A stretch of 64,000 nucleotides of DNA from Elusimicrobiota bacterium (GCA_017528425.1 JAFXOV010000003.1:25174-89173); one strand, 5' to 3'; numbered from the stretch's first letter, positions 16,613 to 27,005 are shown. Notes: a model not told the origin generated them from the sequence alone. Translations and numbers: made by a program.

Positions 16613-17584
16613 TTATTGCTTATCCGTATTATATTGCTTAATTATTTTTCTATATCTTACAATTTCATAAATTTCGTCTACATTTGCCGAAATTTTTATA
16701 ATTTTACCATCGTCTGTATTCGTATTTCTCACATAAAATCCCGTCAACATCTTTGCTAAAGTTCCGTTATTATTTTGTGCTACGGAAAATTGAGGACTTA
16801 TTTTCAATCCGGCTTTGTTCGTAGCAGCAAAATCTTCCTTACTCATATTTGAACAATCATATTTTAAATTATGAACAACTGTCAGTTCTCCCGTATATAT
16901 TATTTTTATTATCATGTATTTATTGTTAACTTTGCTTAAAGCAACTACTTTTGCTTTTTCGTTACCTTCGCTTCTAAAATAATTTTTTTGAAAAAACTGT
17001 AATCTTTCGATATACGGATTCATCGTTTCCGACATTAAAGCCAACACTTTATATTTACTGCCTTTTTTATTTAGTTCCTCGGAACGATCCGAAGCACCGT
17101 ATTGTATAAAATCAAGTCCGGTATCACTTTCCAAAAATCTCTCGTTGTCCGCTTCCAACAAAGATTCGAACTCATTCAATAAATTTTCCGTCTCTTTTTT
17201 TATTTCTGTAGCTTCTTTTAATATTTTTTGAATGGAATTGTCTGTCGTTACATCCGGCCAATCAATCATATACTTTTTTGCTTTATATTCTATTTCTTTT
17301 GCTTTAATCTGATTTTCTATTTCTATTCTTTTTATACCGTCTTCTTCCGAATCAAAAATTCTTTGTAATTTTCTAATGTCTTTTTTGTTTTGTTCTTCAA
17401 GAGCTTTAAGTTCATTTTCTTTTTCAAGAGCCTGTTCGTCTTCTGACAATTCTTCATCTTCTTTTACTCTTTCCGTTTTAAACTCTTTAGGTTCAAAATC
17501 TATAAACTCTTCCTGAAAGCCGTCATCCTCGCAAAAGCAAGGGACACTTAATAACATCATGATTATAAATAAAATAACTTTCAT
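16613..17584 (-). CDS. Hypothetical secreted protein (acidic coiled N-terminal half, beta-rich C-terminal half)
   Basis: 323 aa with a signal peptide MKVILFIIMMLLSVPCFC. I recognise no family motif. The coding assignment rests on length, strand consistency and tight spacing. Confidence 0.6.
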   Translation of the reverse strand: MKVILFIIMMLLSVPCFCEDDGFQEEFIDFEPKEFKTERVKEDEELSEDEQALEKENELKALEEQNKKDIRKLQRIFDSEEDGIKRIEIENQIKAKEIEYKAKKYMIDWPDVTTDNSIQKILKEATEIKKETENLLNEFESLLEADNERFLESDTGLDFIQYGASDRSEELNKKGSKYKVLALMSETMNPYIERLQFFQKNYFRSEGNEKAKVVALSKVNNKYMIIKIIYTGELTVVHNLKYDCSNMSKEDFAATNKAGLKISPQFSVAQNNNGTLAKMLTGFYVRNTNTDDGKIIKISANVDEIYEIVRYRKIIKQYNTDKQ

Positions 17585-17596
17585 AAAATTATCCCC

Positions 17597-18361
17597 TTAT
17601 ATAAGATCTGCAATCGTTACTTTAAAATCATCTTCTCTTGTTTTCAAGCTGCTATATTTGCAAGAAGATTTAAAATCACATAAACTGCATTTATCCGTAT
17701 TAGGATCAAACTCGTTATTATTAATTTTTTCAGCGACCTGTAAAGATAAATTCAATGCACTCTTTATTTGTTCTTCGTTTCTGGCAGTATAAATTTTTTT
17801 GTTATGGGACAAAAAATATATTGCTATTCTGTCGGGAATAAACCCGAGTGCAACTTTGCATGCATAACAATACAAACTTAATTGCAAATCATTATCTACT
17901 TTTTCCTGTTCCCATATAACTCTATGAGTTTTATAATCCACCAACTCTCTTGTTCCGTCCTCATATTCGTCAATTCTGTCGATTATTCCTATAAAAGAAT
18001 ATTTTCCTATTTCGGATTTAAAATTGTGTTCGGTAGATATTTTTTTAGGAGGATATTTCCCGTACGTTTCCCAAAAATTTTTTAAAACATCTACTGCTCT
18101 CAAATAAGCAACGTATGCTTCCTGATGATTTTCATACCCGCTGCTTTCCCAACAGGTATTTAAACTGTCTAAAAGAGCTTCGTAAGAATAAACTCCGTTT
18201 TTATAAAAACAGTCCAATGTTTTGTGAACCGAGTTTCCGAAAGAAATATCTCCGTTTAAAGGAATATATTTATTTTCCAAATATATCAATTTATATTTGT
18301 GCGGACAGAATAAATATGTATTTATTCTCGAATAACTGATTTTAAAAGAATTATCTCTCAC
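17597..18361 (-). CDS. PD-(D/E)XK nuclease with a Cas4/AddB-type 4-Cys cluster (stand-alone)
   Basis: 254 aa. N-terminal Cys in YLFCPHKY, nuclease motifs GIIDRID and ELVDYKT, and C-terminal CSLCDFKSSC (C-x2-C-x5-C). Confidence 0.75.
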   Translation of the reverse strand: MRDNSFKISYSRINTYLFCPHKYKLIYLENKYIPLNGDISFGNSVHKTLDCFYKNGVYSYEALLDSLNTCWESSGYENHQEAYVAYLRAVDVLKNFWETYGKYPPKKISTEHNFKSEIGKYSFIGIIDRIDEYEDGTRELVDYKTHRVIWEQEKVDNDLQLSLYCYACKVALGFIPDRIAIYFLSHNKKIYTARNEEQIKSALNLSLQVAEKINNNEFDPNTDKCSLCDFKSSCKYSSLKTREDDFKVTIADLI

Positions 18362-18363
18362 TG

Positions 18364-18930
18364 TTATATCATCCTGTAAAAAGCAACTACGGTATCACCG
18401 TACTTTTCTGTTCTGTAATTGTTTAATCCTGCAACATCTCCTACCGGTTCTTTCATATGCCTTTGAGAAATAACTATTCCGTTTTCTTTAAGCATAGAAA
18501 ATAAAACAACATTTTTCAGTGTGGGATATGTTAAAGCCAATGCTTTTTTGTCTCCGTCTTTATAAGGCGGTCCCATAAAAATAATATCGTATTTGTTTTG
18601 AAATTTCGGAAACCCTTTTACTACGTCACATTTTACTATGTCGGCTTTATCTTCAAAACCGAGCATTTTTAAATTGTATTTTACAAGAGCTATCGATTTA
18701 TCGCTGATTTCGGCAAAAACAACCCTCTTTGCACCTCTGGAAAGAGCTTCTATACCTACAGAACCTACCCCCGCATACAAATCAAGAAACAAACTGTCCG
18801 GTAATATAGGTGTAATAATATCAAACACGGACTTTTTCATCATACCGAGCATCGGTCTTATGGAAAAATCCTCTTTAGGTAACGTTTTTAGTTGCCTTCC
18901 CCTTGCTGTTCCAGCTATAACTTTTAACAT
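18364..18930 (-). CDS. rsmD: 16S rRNA (guanine966-N2)-methyltransferase
   Basis: 188 aa. SAM motif DLYAGVGSVGIEALSRGA and the catalytic MGPPY. Confidence 0.85.
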   Translation of the reverse strand: MLKVIAGTARGRQLKTLPKEDFSIRPMLGMMKKSVFDIITPILPDSLFLDLYAGVGSVGIEALSRGAKRVVFAEISDKSIALVKYNLKMLGFEDKADIVKCDVVKGFPKFQNKYDIIFMGPPYKDGDKKALALTYPTLKNVVLFSMLKENGIVISQRHMKEPVGDVAGLNNYRTEKYGDTVVAFYRMI

Positions 18931-19002
18931 AATAAAATCCTAATAGTTTATTGTTAATATTTTACTATTTTTATATTAAAGATTAAAGGTTTAAAAAGGC
19001 AA

Positions 19003-19716
19003 TTATTTTTGTTTCGGAAACTTCGCAAAAAAGAGTCCCAACTCAAACAAAAGATACGTAGGAATAAACAACAAAATTTGAGAAACAACGTCGGGCGGAG
19101 TAAGAATTGCCGCAAGGAAAAGAAGTATTACTACAACATAAGGCCTTTTATTTTTTAAACTTTCCAATGATATTATATCGAATCTTACCAAAAAGTATAT
19201 TGCTATAGGAAATTGGAACATTAAACCGAATGCCAACATAAGCCAACCGGAAAGAACTACAAAGTTGCTTATACCCAAAATAGGTTTAATTTGTTCGGTT
19301 GCAAAGCTCATAGAAAACTTCATTATCAACGGCAACACAAAACCAATACACATTGCCGCACCCAAAACAAAAAGGAAAGTTGAACAAAATACTGCCGTTT
19401 TTACAAATTTTTTTTCTTTATCGTATAATGCGGGAAGCAAAAATTGCCATATTTTATAAATTATATAGGGAAATCCTAAAACAAGAGCAAGCACAAAACC
19501 TATTTTCAAATTTAGAATAAAAACTTCCATCGGAGAGAAAAAATTCAATTGTGCATTATCAACAGGAAAGCTCCACTGTACCAACCAATCGATACAATAT
19601 GGAGCTAAAAAATAACCTATAGGAAATAAAACGACTAAACAAACAACTATTGAAATGATTGTTTTTCTTAGTTCGGATAAATGATAAGTTAAAGTTTCCT
19701 GATCTAAATCCGCCAT
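19003..19716 (-). CDS. tatC: Twin-arginine translocase subunit TatC
   Basis: 237 aa with six predicted TM segments. The N-terminus reads LTYHLSELRKTII and a FLAAILTPPDVVSQ motif is present. Confidence 0.9.
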   Translation of the reverse strand: MADLDQETLTYHLSELRKTIISIVVCLVVLFPIGYFLAPYCIDWLVQWSFPVDNAQLNFFSPMEVFILNLKIGFVLALVLGFPYIIYKIWQFLLPALYDKEKKFVKTAVFCSTFLFVLGAAMCIGFVLPLIMKFSMSFATEQIKPILGISNFVVLSGWLMLAFGLMFQFPIAIYFLVRFDIISLESLKNKRPYVVVILLFLAAILTPPDVVSQILLFIPTYLLFELGLFFAKFPKQK

Positions 19717-19721
19717 TTAAT

Positions 19722-19961
19722 TTACTTATCTGTTTTTTCTTCCGACTTTGTATCTGTAATTTGTTGCTTTTCCGAAGTTGTATCACCGGATTCCGCTTTT
19801 GCTATTTCATCGGACTCTTTTTTTAACATTTCTTTTGCTTTTTTATATTCGTGACCGGCTCTTGCTATCGCTTTTACCAATTCCGGAATCTTTTTTGCAC
19901 CGAAGAACAAAATTACTATTACTATAAGAATTACAACTATTTCAGAAAAACCTAAGCCCAT
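19722..19961 (-). CDS. tatA: Twin-arginine translocase subunit TatA/E
   Basis: 79 aa. The N-terminus MGLGFSEIVVILIVIVILFFGAKKIPEL is followed by an amphipathic helix. Confidence 0.85.
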   Translation of the reverse strand: MGLGFSEIVVILIVIVILFFGAKKIPELVKAIARAGHEYKKAKEMLKKESDEIAKAESGDTTSEKQQITDTKSEEKTDK

Positions 19962-19993
19962 AATTTTACCTCCAATAAAAACTTACACAAAAT

Positions 19994-21256
19994 TTATTTT
20001 ATTGTTGTAGGGTCTGCAATATATCCTTTAATTGCAGAGGCTGCAGCAACCGCCGGACTTGCCAAAAAGAGTTCGGATTTTGTATTTCCCATTCTTCCTA
20101 CAAAATTTCTGTTTGTAGTAGAAACACATTTTTCCCCGTTTGCAAGAATACCCATGTGCCCGCCCAAACACGGACCGCAAGTAGGTGCGGAAATTATTGC
20201 ACCTGCTTCTATGAATATTTTTAACAAACCTTCTTTTAATGCATCAGCATAAACTTGAGGAGTTGCAGGTATAATAATAGTTCTTACATTACTGTTAACT
20301 TTTTTACCTTTTAAAATTGCCGCGGCAACTCTTAAATCTTCAATTCTGCCGTTAGTACAAGAACCTATAACAACCTGATCTATATAAGTTTTTTTAACCG
20401 ATTTTGCGGCTTTTGCATTCTCGGGTAAAAACGGTAACGAAACCTGCGGATATATTTTAGAACAATCTATTTCTATAATATTTGCATATTTTGCATCTTT
20501 ATCGCTTTCATAAACTTTAAATTTTCTTAAAGCTCTTTTTGAAACATAATCCAATGTAATTTTGTCTACAGGGAAAATTCCGGATTTTCCGCCGGCTTCA
20601 ATAGCCATGTTAGCCATTGTAAGTCTGTCGGCCATTTTTAAATTTTTTACTGTTTCACCGGTAAATTCCATTGTCTGATATAATGCACCGTCAACACCGA
20701 TTTTTCCTATCGTGTAAAGAATCAAATCTTTACCGCTGACGAATTTGTTTAATTTTCCTTTATATACAAACTTTATTGATTGAGGAACTTTTAACCAAAC
20801 TTTACCTGTCGCAAGAGAAGCACCTACATCGGTTGAACCTACACCTGTTGAAAATGCACCTAAAGCTCCGTAAGTACAAGTATGAGAGTCTGCTCCGATG
20901 ACAATATCACCGGGAACAACTATTCCTTTTTCCGGAAGCAATGCGTGTTCTATACCAACATTACCGCCTTCATAATAATGTTTTATTTTTTCTTTTTTGG
21001 CAAATTCTCTGACAAACTTAACATTTTCTGCCGATTTAATATCTTTGTTAGGGGTAAAATGGTCCATAACCAAAGCTATTTTATTTTTATCAAAAACATG
21101 CTTTTTGCCCGTTTTTAAATATTCTTTTATTGCAAGAGGTGCGGTAACATCGTTAGATAACGATATATCAACTTTCGGTTCTATAAATTCGCCCGGAACA
21201 ACAGCTTTTTTACCGCAATGAGCTGCCAATATTTTTTCTGTTATTGTTTGACCCAT
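19994..21256 (-). CDS. leuC: 3-isopropylmalate (or homoaconitate-type) dehydratase large subunit, ~420-aa form
   Basis: Motifs [30 protein letters not shown] and GSCTNGR..DL. It lies directly after leuA with a 1-nt gap. Confidence 0.88.
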   Translation of the reverse strand: MGQTITEKILAAHCGKKAVVPGEFIEPKVDISLSNDVTAPLAIKEYLKTGKKHVFDKNKIALVMDHFTPNKDIKSAENVKFVREFAKKEKIKHYYEGGNVGIEHALLPEKGIVVPGDIVIGADSHTCTYGALGAFSTGVGSTDVGASLATGKVWLKVPQSIKFVYKGKLNKFVSGKDLILYTIGKIGVDGALYQTMEFTGETVKNLKMADRLTMANMAIEAGGKSGIFPVDKITLDYVSKRALRKFKVYESDKDAKYANIIEIDCSKIYPQVSLPFLPENAKAAKSVKKTYIDQVVIGSCTNGRIEDLRVAAAILKGKKVNSNVRTIIIPATPQVYADALKEGLLKIFIEAGAIISAPTCGPCLGGHMGILANGEKCVSTTNRNFVGRMGNTKSELFLASPAVAAASAIKGYIADPTTIK

Positions 21257-21257
21257 T

Positions 21258-22811
21258 TTATTTCTTTCCTCCGAATTGCATTATAACTATTTTGTTTACG
21301 GCATGAATGTAAGCATTTATACTTGCTTCAACAATATCGGTAGACATACCTTTACCGATATATTTAGCCCCGTTATATTTTACTTTAACATTTACTTCAC
21401 CTTGAGCATCTTCACCGCTTGAAATTGCTCTTAAAGTATAGTCTTCCAAATCTACGGTTATACCTGTAATTTTATCTATAGCTTTATATGCGGCATCTAC
21501 AGGTCCCGATCCGCAAGCTGCTTCTTGTATAATTTCTTTTTTATTTTTAATTGTTTTAACAAGTCTTATTGTCGCCGTAGGAATTACACCGACACCTGAA
21601 GTAACGTTTACATAATCTATGGTATAAACTTCTTTAACTCCGGATACGGACTGTTCCACCAATGAATTTATATCATCGTCAAACACACATTTTTTCTTAT
21701 CTGCCAAAAGTTTAAATTTTTCAAATAATTGTTCCATAACTTCAGGTTGCAATTTGTTGTATCCCAAATCTTTTAATCTCTTAAAGAAAGCATGTCTTCC
21801 GGAATGTTTTCCCAATACCAACAAACTTTCAGGAACTCCAACATCTTGCGGAGACATAATTTCGTAAGTTCTTTTATCTTTTAACATTCCGTCCTGGTGA
21901 ATACCTGACTCATGCGCAAAAGCATTTATACCGACAATAGCTTTGTTAGGTTGAACCGTAATTCCCGTTAAATTAGAAACCAACTTACTCGATTTATATA
22001 TTTCTTTTGTCTTGATATTATAATTTACAGGATAAAACATAGGTTTTGTTTTTATTGCCATTACAATTTCTTCTATTGCGGCATTACCTGCTCTTTCACC
22101 TATACCGTTAACCGTACATTCTATCTGTCTTGCACCGTTTTCTATTGCTGCCAAAGAATTTGCAACACCCAATCCCAAATCGTTATGACAATGAACACTT
22201 ATAACAGCCTTTTCTATATTTTTTACTCTTTGTTTAATTGTTGCGATTAAATTACCGAATTCCGAAGGAATTGCATAACCTACGGTATCGGGAATATTTA
22301 CTGTTGTTGCTCCTGTTGCAATAACTGCTTCTATTATTGAACACAAATAATCCACATCACTTCTGCTTGCATCTTCCGCGGAAAATTCCACATCGTCACA
22401 AAAACTTTTTGCAAGTTTTACGGCATTAACAGCCATATCGAAAACTTGTTGTCTTGTCTTTTGTAATTTCTTTTCTATATGCAAATCAGATGTTGCAATA
22501 AATGTATGAATCCTCGGTTTTTTTGAATATTTTATTGCATTCCAACAAGTTGTAATATCTTTTGTGTTTGCTCTGCAAAGTCCGCAAATTACAGGACCTT
22601 TAACCTGTTGTGCTATTGATTTTACGGAATCAAAATCTCCTTGACTCGATATAGGAAAACCTGCTTCTATAATATCCACATTCATAGCGGCAAGTTGTTG
22701 TGCAACCAATAACTTTTCCTGAAAAGTTAAACTTGCTCCCGGTGACTGTTCTCCGTCTCTTAATGTTGTATCAAAAAAAACTACTGTATCTTTTTTATTT
22801 TTCTTTGCCAT
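21258..22811 (-). CDS. leuA: 2-isopropylmalate synthase
   Basis: 517 aa. Motifs [35 protein letters not shown] and HESGIHQDG, plus a C-terminal LeuA dimerisation/regulatory domain. Confidence 0.92.
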   Translation of the reverse strand: MAKKNKKDTVVFFDTTLRDGEQSPGASLTFQEKLLVAQQLAAMNVDIIEAGFPISSQGDFDSVKSIAQQVKGPVICGLCRANTKDITTCWNAIKYSKKPRIHTFIATSDLHIEKKLQKTRQQVFDMAVNAVKLAKSFCDDVEFSAEDASRSDVDYLCSIIEAVIATGATTVNIPDTVGYAIPSEFGNLIATIKQRVKNIEKAVISVHCHNDLGLGVANSLAAIENGARQIECTVNGIGERAGNAAIEEIVMAIKTKPMFYPVNYNIKTKEIYKSSKLVSNLTGITVQPNKAIVGINAFAHESGIHQDGMLKDKRTYEIMSPQDVGVPESLLVLGKHSGRHAFFKRLKDLGYNKLQPEVMEQLFEKFKLLADKKKCVFDDDINSLVEQSVSGVKEVYTIDYVNVTSGVGVIPTATIRLVKTIKNKKEIIQEAACGSGPVDAAYKAIDKITGITVDLEDYTLRAISSGEDAQGEVNVKVKYNGAKYIGKGMSTDIVEASINAYIHAVNKIVIMQFGGKK

Positions 22812-22940
22812 TTTTATTTCCTCTAATTATTTATTTTTTTCAGCTCATCAATTTTTTGTTATACAAACAAATAAATAATCAGCTATTGTAATCGCCAATT
22901 TCCTAAAAAACCGATATGTAATATTTTTAATATAATTTTA

Positions 22941-23762
22941 TTAGTTTTCATTTTTATTTTCTTTTTTATTTTTAGATATTGCTTTTCTTATTTTATAACC
23001 TCTAACCAAAAGAACTATAAATCCGGAAAGTATATAGAGTAAAAATATTATAAAAATCGTGTTTTGCGGATATGTACAAATTAAAGCAACAAACACAACC
23101 GCCAAGAAAAATACCTGTATGGATTTCGGTCTTGTCCATTTAATATGTTTAAATGCTCCGTAAGGAACTGTAGATACCATCAAGAATGCCAAAACAACCA
23201 TTATTACAGGCATAGCATTAAAGAAAAACGGCATTTTCTTCATAAGTAAAGGAATAGTTTTAAAATTCAAAACTGTTCCGTCGAATATTTCATAACTTAA
23301 AACAAAAGATGCAATAAGGCCTGCCGACGCAGGTGTAGGAAGTCCCGAAAAAGTATCACTTTTGGCTTTGTTTTCATCGGGCGGTTCCATTGCTTTAACG
23401 TTAAACTTAGCAAGTCTTGTAGCACTTGCGACAACAAAAATAACAGCAATTGCAATTCCTACGTTTCCCATAGTATTTAATACTAATTGGTACATTAAAA
23501 CCGCCGGGGCAACACCGAACGATACCAAATCGCACAAAGAATCAAATTCCATACCGAACTTGCTCATTGTTTTGGTAAGTCTTGCAACTCTGCCGTCGCT
23601 CATATCAAAAGCGATTGCAAGTATTATAAACCATGCAGCCGCATTGAAATTTCCGTTTATTGCACATATAACCGAAATAAAACCGGAAGCCAAGTTACCG
23701 GCAGTAAACATACTCGGTAAAACATATAACCCTTTTCTTAAAGAAGGCATCTTTTTCTCCAT
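22941..23762 (-). CDS. pssA: CDP-diacylglycerol--serine O-phosphatidyltransferase
   Basis: 273 aa, polytopic. CDP-alcohol phosphatidyltransferase motif DMSDGRVARLTKTMSKFGMEFDSLCD. Confidence 0.88.
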   Translation of the reverse strand: MEKKMPSLRKGLYVLPSMFTAGNLASGFISVICAINGNFNAAAWFIILAIAFDMSDGRVARLTKTMSKFGMEFDSLCDLVSFGVAPAVLMYQLVLNTMGNVGIAIAVIFVVASATRLAKFNVKAMEPPDENKAKSDTFSGLPTPASAGLIASFVLSYEIFDGTVLNFKTIPLLMKKMPFFFNAMPVIMVVLAFLMVSTVPYGAFKHIKWTRPKSIQVFFLAVVFVALICTYPQNTIFIIFLLYILSGFIVLLVRGYKIRKAISKNKKENKNEN

Positions 23763-23784
23763 TATAAAAAATCGCTCTGCAATT

Positions 23785-24390
23785 TTATTTTATTATTGCA
23801 AATATACTAAGCCCGGATGTTACTTTATCCCCTACTTTTACTCTTACATCGTAACCTGCAGGCATAATCAAATCCACCTGGGAACTGAACTTAATAACAC
23901 CGATTTTATCACCTTGCTTTACAACATCACCGGGTTTTACCCAAGCAACACATCTTCTTGCAAGAATACCGGCAATTTGTTTTACTATATAAGTTCCGTT
24001 CTCATTTTCTATTGTAATAACATTTTGTTCGTTTTCTATATATGCTTCAGGTAAATGTGCTTTCAAAAATTTGCCCGGTTTATGTTCAACCGATTTTACC
24101 GTTCCGGAAATAGGAGATCTTTGTAAATGAACATTAGCAACAGACATAAAAACTCTAACTTCTGTTTGCCCGTTTTCCCCTTCTATAACATTCATTACCG
24201 TTCCGTTACATGGTGACAAAATAAATTTTTCATCTGCATTTATAGTTAAGTTGGGATCTCTAAAAAACATTAAACAACCTACTGCCATAAGATAACAAAT
24301 GATGGCTAACGGCGGAAAAACAAAATGAAAAATAATACCTACTATAAAAAATCCTAAAATAAAAGGATACCCTTCTTTAACTATTTTCAT
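23785..24390 (-). CDS. psd: Phosphatidylserine decarboxylase, short (Asd-type) form
   Basis: 201 aa with an N-terminal TM region. Motifs are SPCNGTV, VHLQRSPISG and a C-terminal IKFSSQVDL processing-site region. It is adjacent to pssA. Confidence 0.8.
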   Translation of the reverse strand: MKIVKEGYPFILGFFIVGIIFHFVFPPLAIICYLMAVGCLMFFRDPNLTINADEKFILSPCNGTVMNVIEGENGQTEVRVFMSVANVHLQRSPISGTVKSVEHKPGKFLKAHLPEAYIENEQNVITIENENGTYIVKQIAGILARRCVAWVKPGDVVKQGDKIGVIKFSSQVDLIMPAGYDVRVKVGDKVTSGLSIFAIIK

Positions 24391-24462
24391 AAATTATTCT
24401 CCTTAAAAGCAACAAAATACTAATTGGTTATTTTATCAAATTGACCAACAATATTCAAACTT

Positions 24463-25257
24463 TTAAGCCTTTTTTATTTGTGATGCTTTGAAAGTCTTTA
24501 TATTGTTCTCCGAAAGTTCAACATTAAAAGTTTCTTTTATACAATCAACAGAAACGATTTTCCCCTTTCCGTTGGGAGTGATTACCGTTTCCCCGACTTT
24601 CGGATGTTTGTTTTTAAAACAAACATAATTATCGTATTCGTAAGCCAAACAACACATCAATCTCCCGCAAAGTCCGGAAAGTTTTGAAGTGTTTAAAGAT
24701 AAATCCTGATCTTTTGCCATATCTATCGTTACCGACGAAAAATCTTTTAAAAATATTTGGCAACACAACTGTTTACCGCAAACTCCCACTCCGCCTACAA
24801 TTTTAGACTCGTCTCTAACACCGATTTGAACCATCTGTATTCTTGTTTTTAATACATGAGCCAAATCTTTTATAAGTTCTCTGAAATCAACTCTGGTTTC
24901 AGATGTGTAATAAATAAAAAGTTTTGTTCTGTCGAAAGTATATTGAACACATGTCAATTTCATATCGAGTTTATGTTCCTGGACTTTTTTTGAAACAGTT
25001 ATTCTTGCCTGTGCATTTTTGTTTTCATTGTTAACAAGTCTTTTCAAATCATTTTCGGTTGCTATTCTTAAAATTTTACCGATATACATATCCTTTGCAG
25101 GTTGTATATTTTTTTCTTTTTCGCAAACTACACCGAATTCTGTTCCGTGCTCTGTTTCAAGTATAACTTTATCGTTTAAATTTACAGTATATTTACCCGT
25201 TTGAGCATAAACTTTATCTTTAATTCTTCTGACTATTACTCCCACTACCATTGGCAT
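24463..25257 (-). CDS. ricT: PSP1-domain protein (YaaT/RicT-like)
   Basis: 264 aa with the Cys-rich PSP1 C-terminal signature LSGLCGRLMCCLAYE. The tmk-holB-yaaT gene order is conserved. Confidence 0.8.
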   Translation of the reverse strand: MPMVVGVIVRRIKDKVYAQTGKYTVNLNDKVILETEHGTEFGVVCEKEKNIQPAKDMYIGKILRIATENDLKRLVNNENKNAQARITVSKKVQEHKLDMKLTCVQYTFDRTKLFIYYTSETRVDFRELIKDLAHVLKTRIQMVQIGVRDESKIVGGVGVCGKQLCCQIFLKDFSSVTIDMAKDQDLSLNTSKLSGLCGRLMCCLAYEYDNYVCFKNKHPKVGETVITPNGKGKIVSVDCIKETFNVELSENNIKTFKASQIKKA

Positions 25258-26222
25258 AACTTTATATCTCCGTTTATTTTAGAATTTATATATAAAAACA
25301 AATTGTCCAACACATTTGTAGGGTTGGCATTTCGTTCTAAATATTTTTTACTTTCAGACAATTGCTCAATAATATTAGCATACTTTCCGGGATTTTGTCT
25401 AAAAAATTTTGTTGCACTTTCCGTAAGAATTGTAACCGCTTCAATTGCACTATCTCTATCTTTGGCAACAGACTTACTTTTTATAAGAATATCCGCAACC
25501 GCCAATTTCTTGCTTGTTAATTCACTCCACAAAGTAGAATATTCGTTTTGTGTATTTAACATCAACGTTTCCGCCTTTTCTATGGAACCGTCAGCCATTT
25601 CGGCAATATTATCTGCTTTATCCTGCGACAAGAAATGTTTTTCCTGCAAATATTTTGACACTTCTTCTGTTCGTAAAGGTTGAAAGAAAACAGTTTGAAC
25701 TCTGGATACAATAGTAACGGGAATCGTTTCTTTATGTTTTGCTATCAATATAATTATCGTATTGTCAGGCGGTTCTTCCAAAGTTTTTAACAAACAGTTA
25801 AAAGCTTCTATTGTCATCTTTTCTGCGGGCTCTATAATAAAGAACTTCCATTTTCCGTCGGTTGCTTTAATATAAACTTTGTCCTGCATATATCTTATAA
25901 GTCTTATACCAAGCTTGGTTTTTCCCTTTTCACTTTCTTTTTCGGCAATTTCGTCTTGTTTTTCGAAATTTATTATATGTAAATCGGGAAATGTTCCTTT
26001 ATCTATATGTTCGCATGATAAACAATGGTTGCACGGACCGGCATCCGTTTTAGTATAATCGTTAATCATACAATTTAACGTTTTTGCAAACTCTATTGCA
26101 GTTAACATTTTACCGGTTCCTTCTTCACCCATAAAAATATAAGCATGCGGAATCTTATTGTTTTTTATTTGTTCGGAAAGGATTTTCTTTGCTCTGTCTT
26201 GTGCTATTATTTTTTCAAACAT
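25245..26222 (-). CDS. holB: DNA polymerase III delta-prime subunit
   Basis: 325 aa. Motifs HAYIFMGEEGTGK, a zinc module CNHCLSCEHI, and LLKTLEEPP. Confidence 0.85.
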   Translation of the reverse strand: MFEKIIAQDRAKKILSEQIKNNKIPHAYIFMGEEGTGKMLTAIEFAKTLNCMINDYTKTDAGPCNHCLSCEHIDKGTFPDLHIINFEKQDEIAEKESEKGKTKLGIRLIRYMQDKVYIKATDGKWKFFIIEPAEKMTIEAFNCLLKTLEEPPDNTIIILIAKHKETIPVTIVSRVQTVFFQPLRTEEVSKYLQEKHFLSQDKADNIAEMADGSIEKAETLMLNTQNEYSTLWSELTSKKLAVADILIKSKSVAKDRDSAIEAVTILTESATKFFRQNPGKYANIIEQLSESKKYLERNANPTNVLDNLFLYINSKINGDIKLCQW

Positions 26223-26874
26223 ATATTTTTTTCTTCTTAAAAAATTTATCTATTTCTTTATTTATTTCTTTTTGAGTTTTTTCTATTATTTCACTGGTCT
26301 TAACTTTCTTTATTCTGTTAGGATACTTTTTTGCAAGTTCAATAAACCCTTTTCTTACATTGTTATGAAATTTTAAACTTTCTCTTTCGATTCTGTCCCC
26401 GCCGGTAAGTTTTCCTTTATTAACCGTTTTTGCTTTTTTTATGCCTTTATTCGGATTTATATCCAAATATATGGTTAAATCGGGTTTTAAGCCGGATGTA
26501 GCAATATTATTTAATTTTTTTATTATCTCTTTATCTATTCCCCTTGCATAACCCTGATAAGCAAGTGTGGAATCGGTAAACCTGTCACAAATAACGATAT
26601 TACCTTTTTCCAAATTCGGCTTTATTATATCTTTCAAATGTTGTGCTCTTGATGCTTCATACAACATAAGTTCGCAATAAGGATCAACAACAAAATCCGG
26701 ATTAAGCAAAATATTTCTTACTTGCTCGGCAACAACACTTCCTCCGGGTTCTCTTGTTAAAACAACAGTTAACCCTTTAGATTCCAAATATTTTTTTAAC
26801 AGTTCGGATTGTGTCGTTTTACCGCACCCTTCACAACCTTCTATGGTAATAAAAACAGCTTTTTTATGTTTCAT
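26215..26874 (-). CDS. tmk: Thymidylate kinase
   Basis: 219 aa. P-loop ITIEGCEGCGKTTQ, then TREPGG and DRF..S..AYQG. Confidence 0.92.
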   Translation of the reverse strand: MKHKKAVFITIEGCEGCGKTTQSELLKKYLESKGLTVVLTREPGGSVVAEQVRNILLNPDFVVDPYCELMLYEASRAQHLKDIIKPNLEKGNIVICDRFTDSTLAYQGYARGIDKEIIKKLNNIATSGLKPDLTIYLDINPNKGIKKAKTVNKGKLTGGDRIERESLKFHNNVRKGFIELAKKYPNRIKKVKTSEIIEKTQKEINKEIDKFFKKKKIYV

Positions 26875-26944
26875 ATATCTTAAAATTCTATAAAAAAATG
26901 CTATATAGTGTCAAAGTAAATTGTTTTCTTATAATTATTTTGTA

Positions 26945-26973
26945 TTGTCTAATATTTTTAAACTTGCTATAAT
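26945..26973 (+). promoter_or_regulatory. Candidate sigma-70 promoter (TTGTCT-N17-TGcTATAAT, extended -10) for the zinc-ribbon/rnpB/dcw block
   Basis: -35 TTGTCT at 26945-26950, a 17-nt spacer ending in TGc, and -10 TATAAT at 26968-26973. A GGAG SD lies 6 nt before the ATG at 27006. This is sequence pattern only. Confidence 0.4.
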
Positions 26974-27005
26974 TAATCAATCTTATAGTTCATATTGGAG
27001 ATACA

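Noticed and set aside
22812-22940. A possible leader peptide, T-box or attenuator upstream of leuA
   Set aside because: I could not find a Leu-rich mini-ORF, a specifier/T-box sequence or a convincing terminator/antiterminator hairpin. Only an SD (AGAGGAAA) is evident.
23362-24054. A 230-aa plus-strand ORF spanning the pssA/psd junction
   Set aside because: It is antisense to two well-supported genes with clear catalytic motifs. It crosses their intergenic gap and has no motif or SD.
25201-25683. A 160-aa plus-strand ORF antisense to holB
   Set aside because: It overlaps a motif-supported holB and the ricT start, with no independent support.
26875-27005. The divergent intergenic region between tmk and the zinc-ribbon gene as a possible replication origin, since gene orientation switches here
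   Set aside because: I saw no DnaA-box-like TTATCCACA/TGTGGATAA motifs. There is no dnaA or dnaN nearby, the region is only 131 nt, and orientation switches again 12 kb later.
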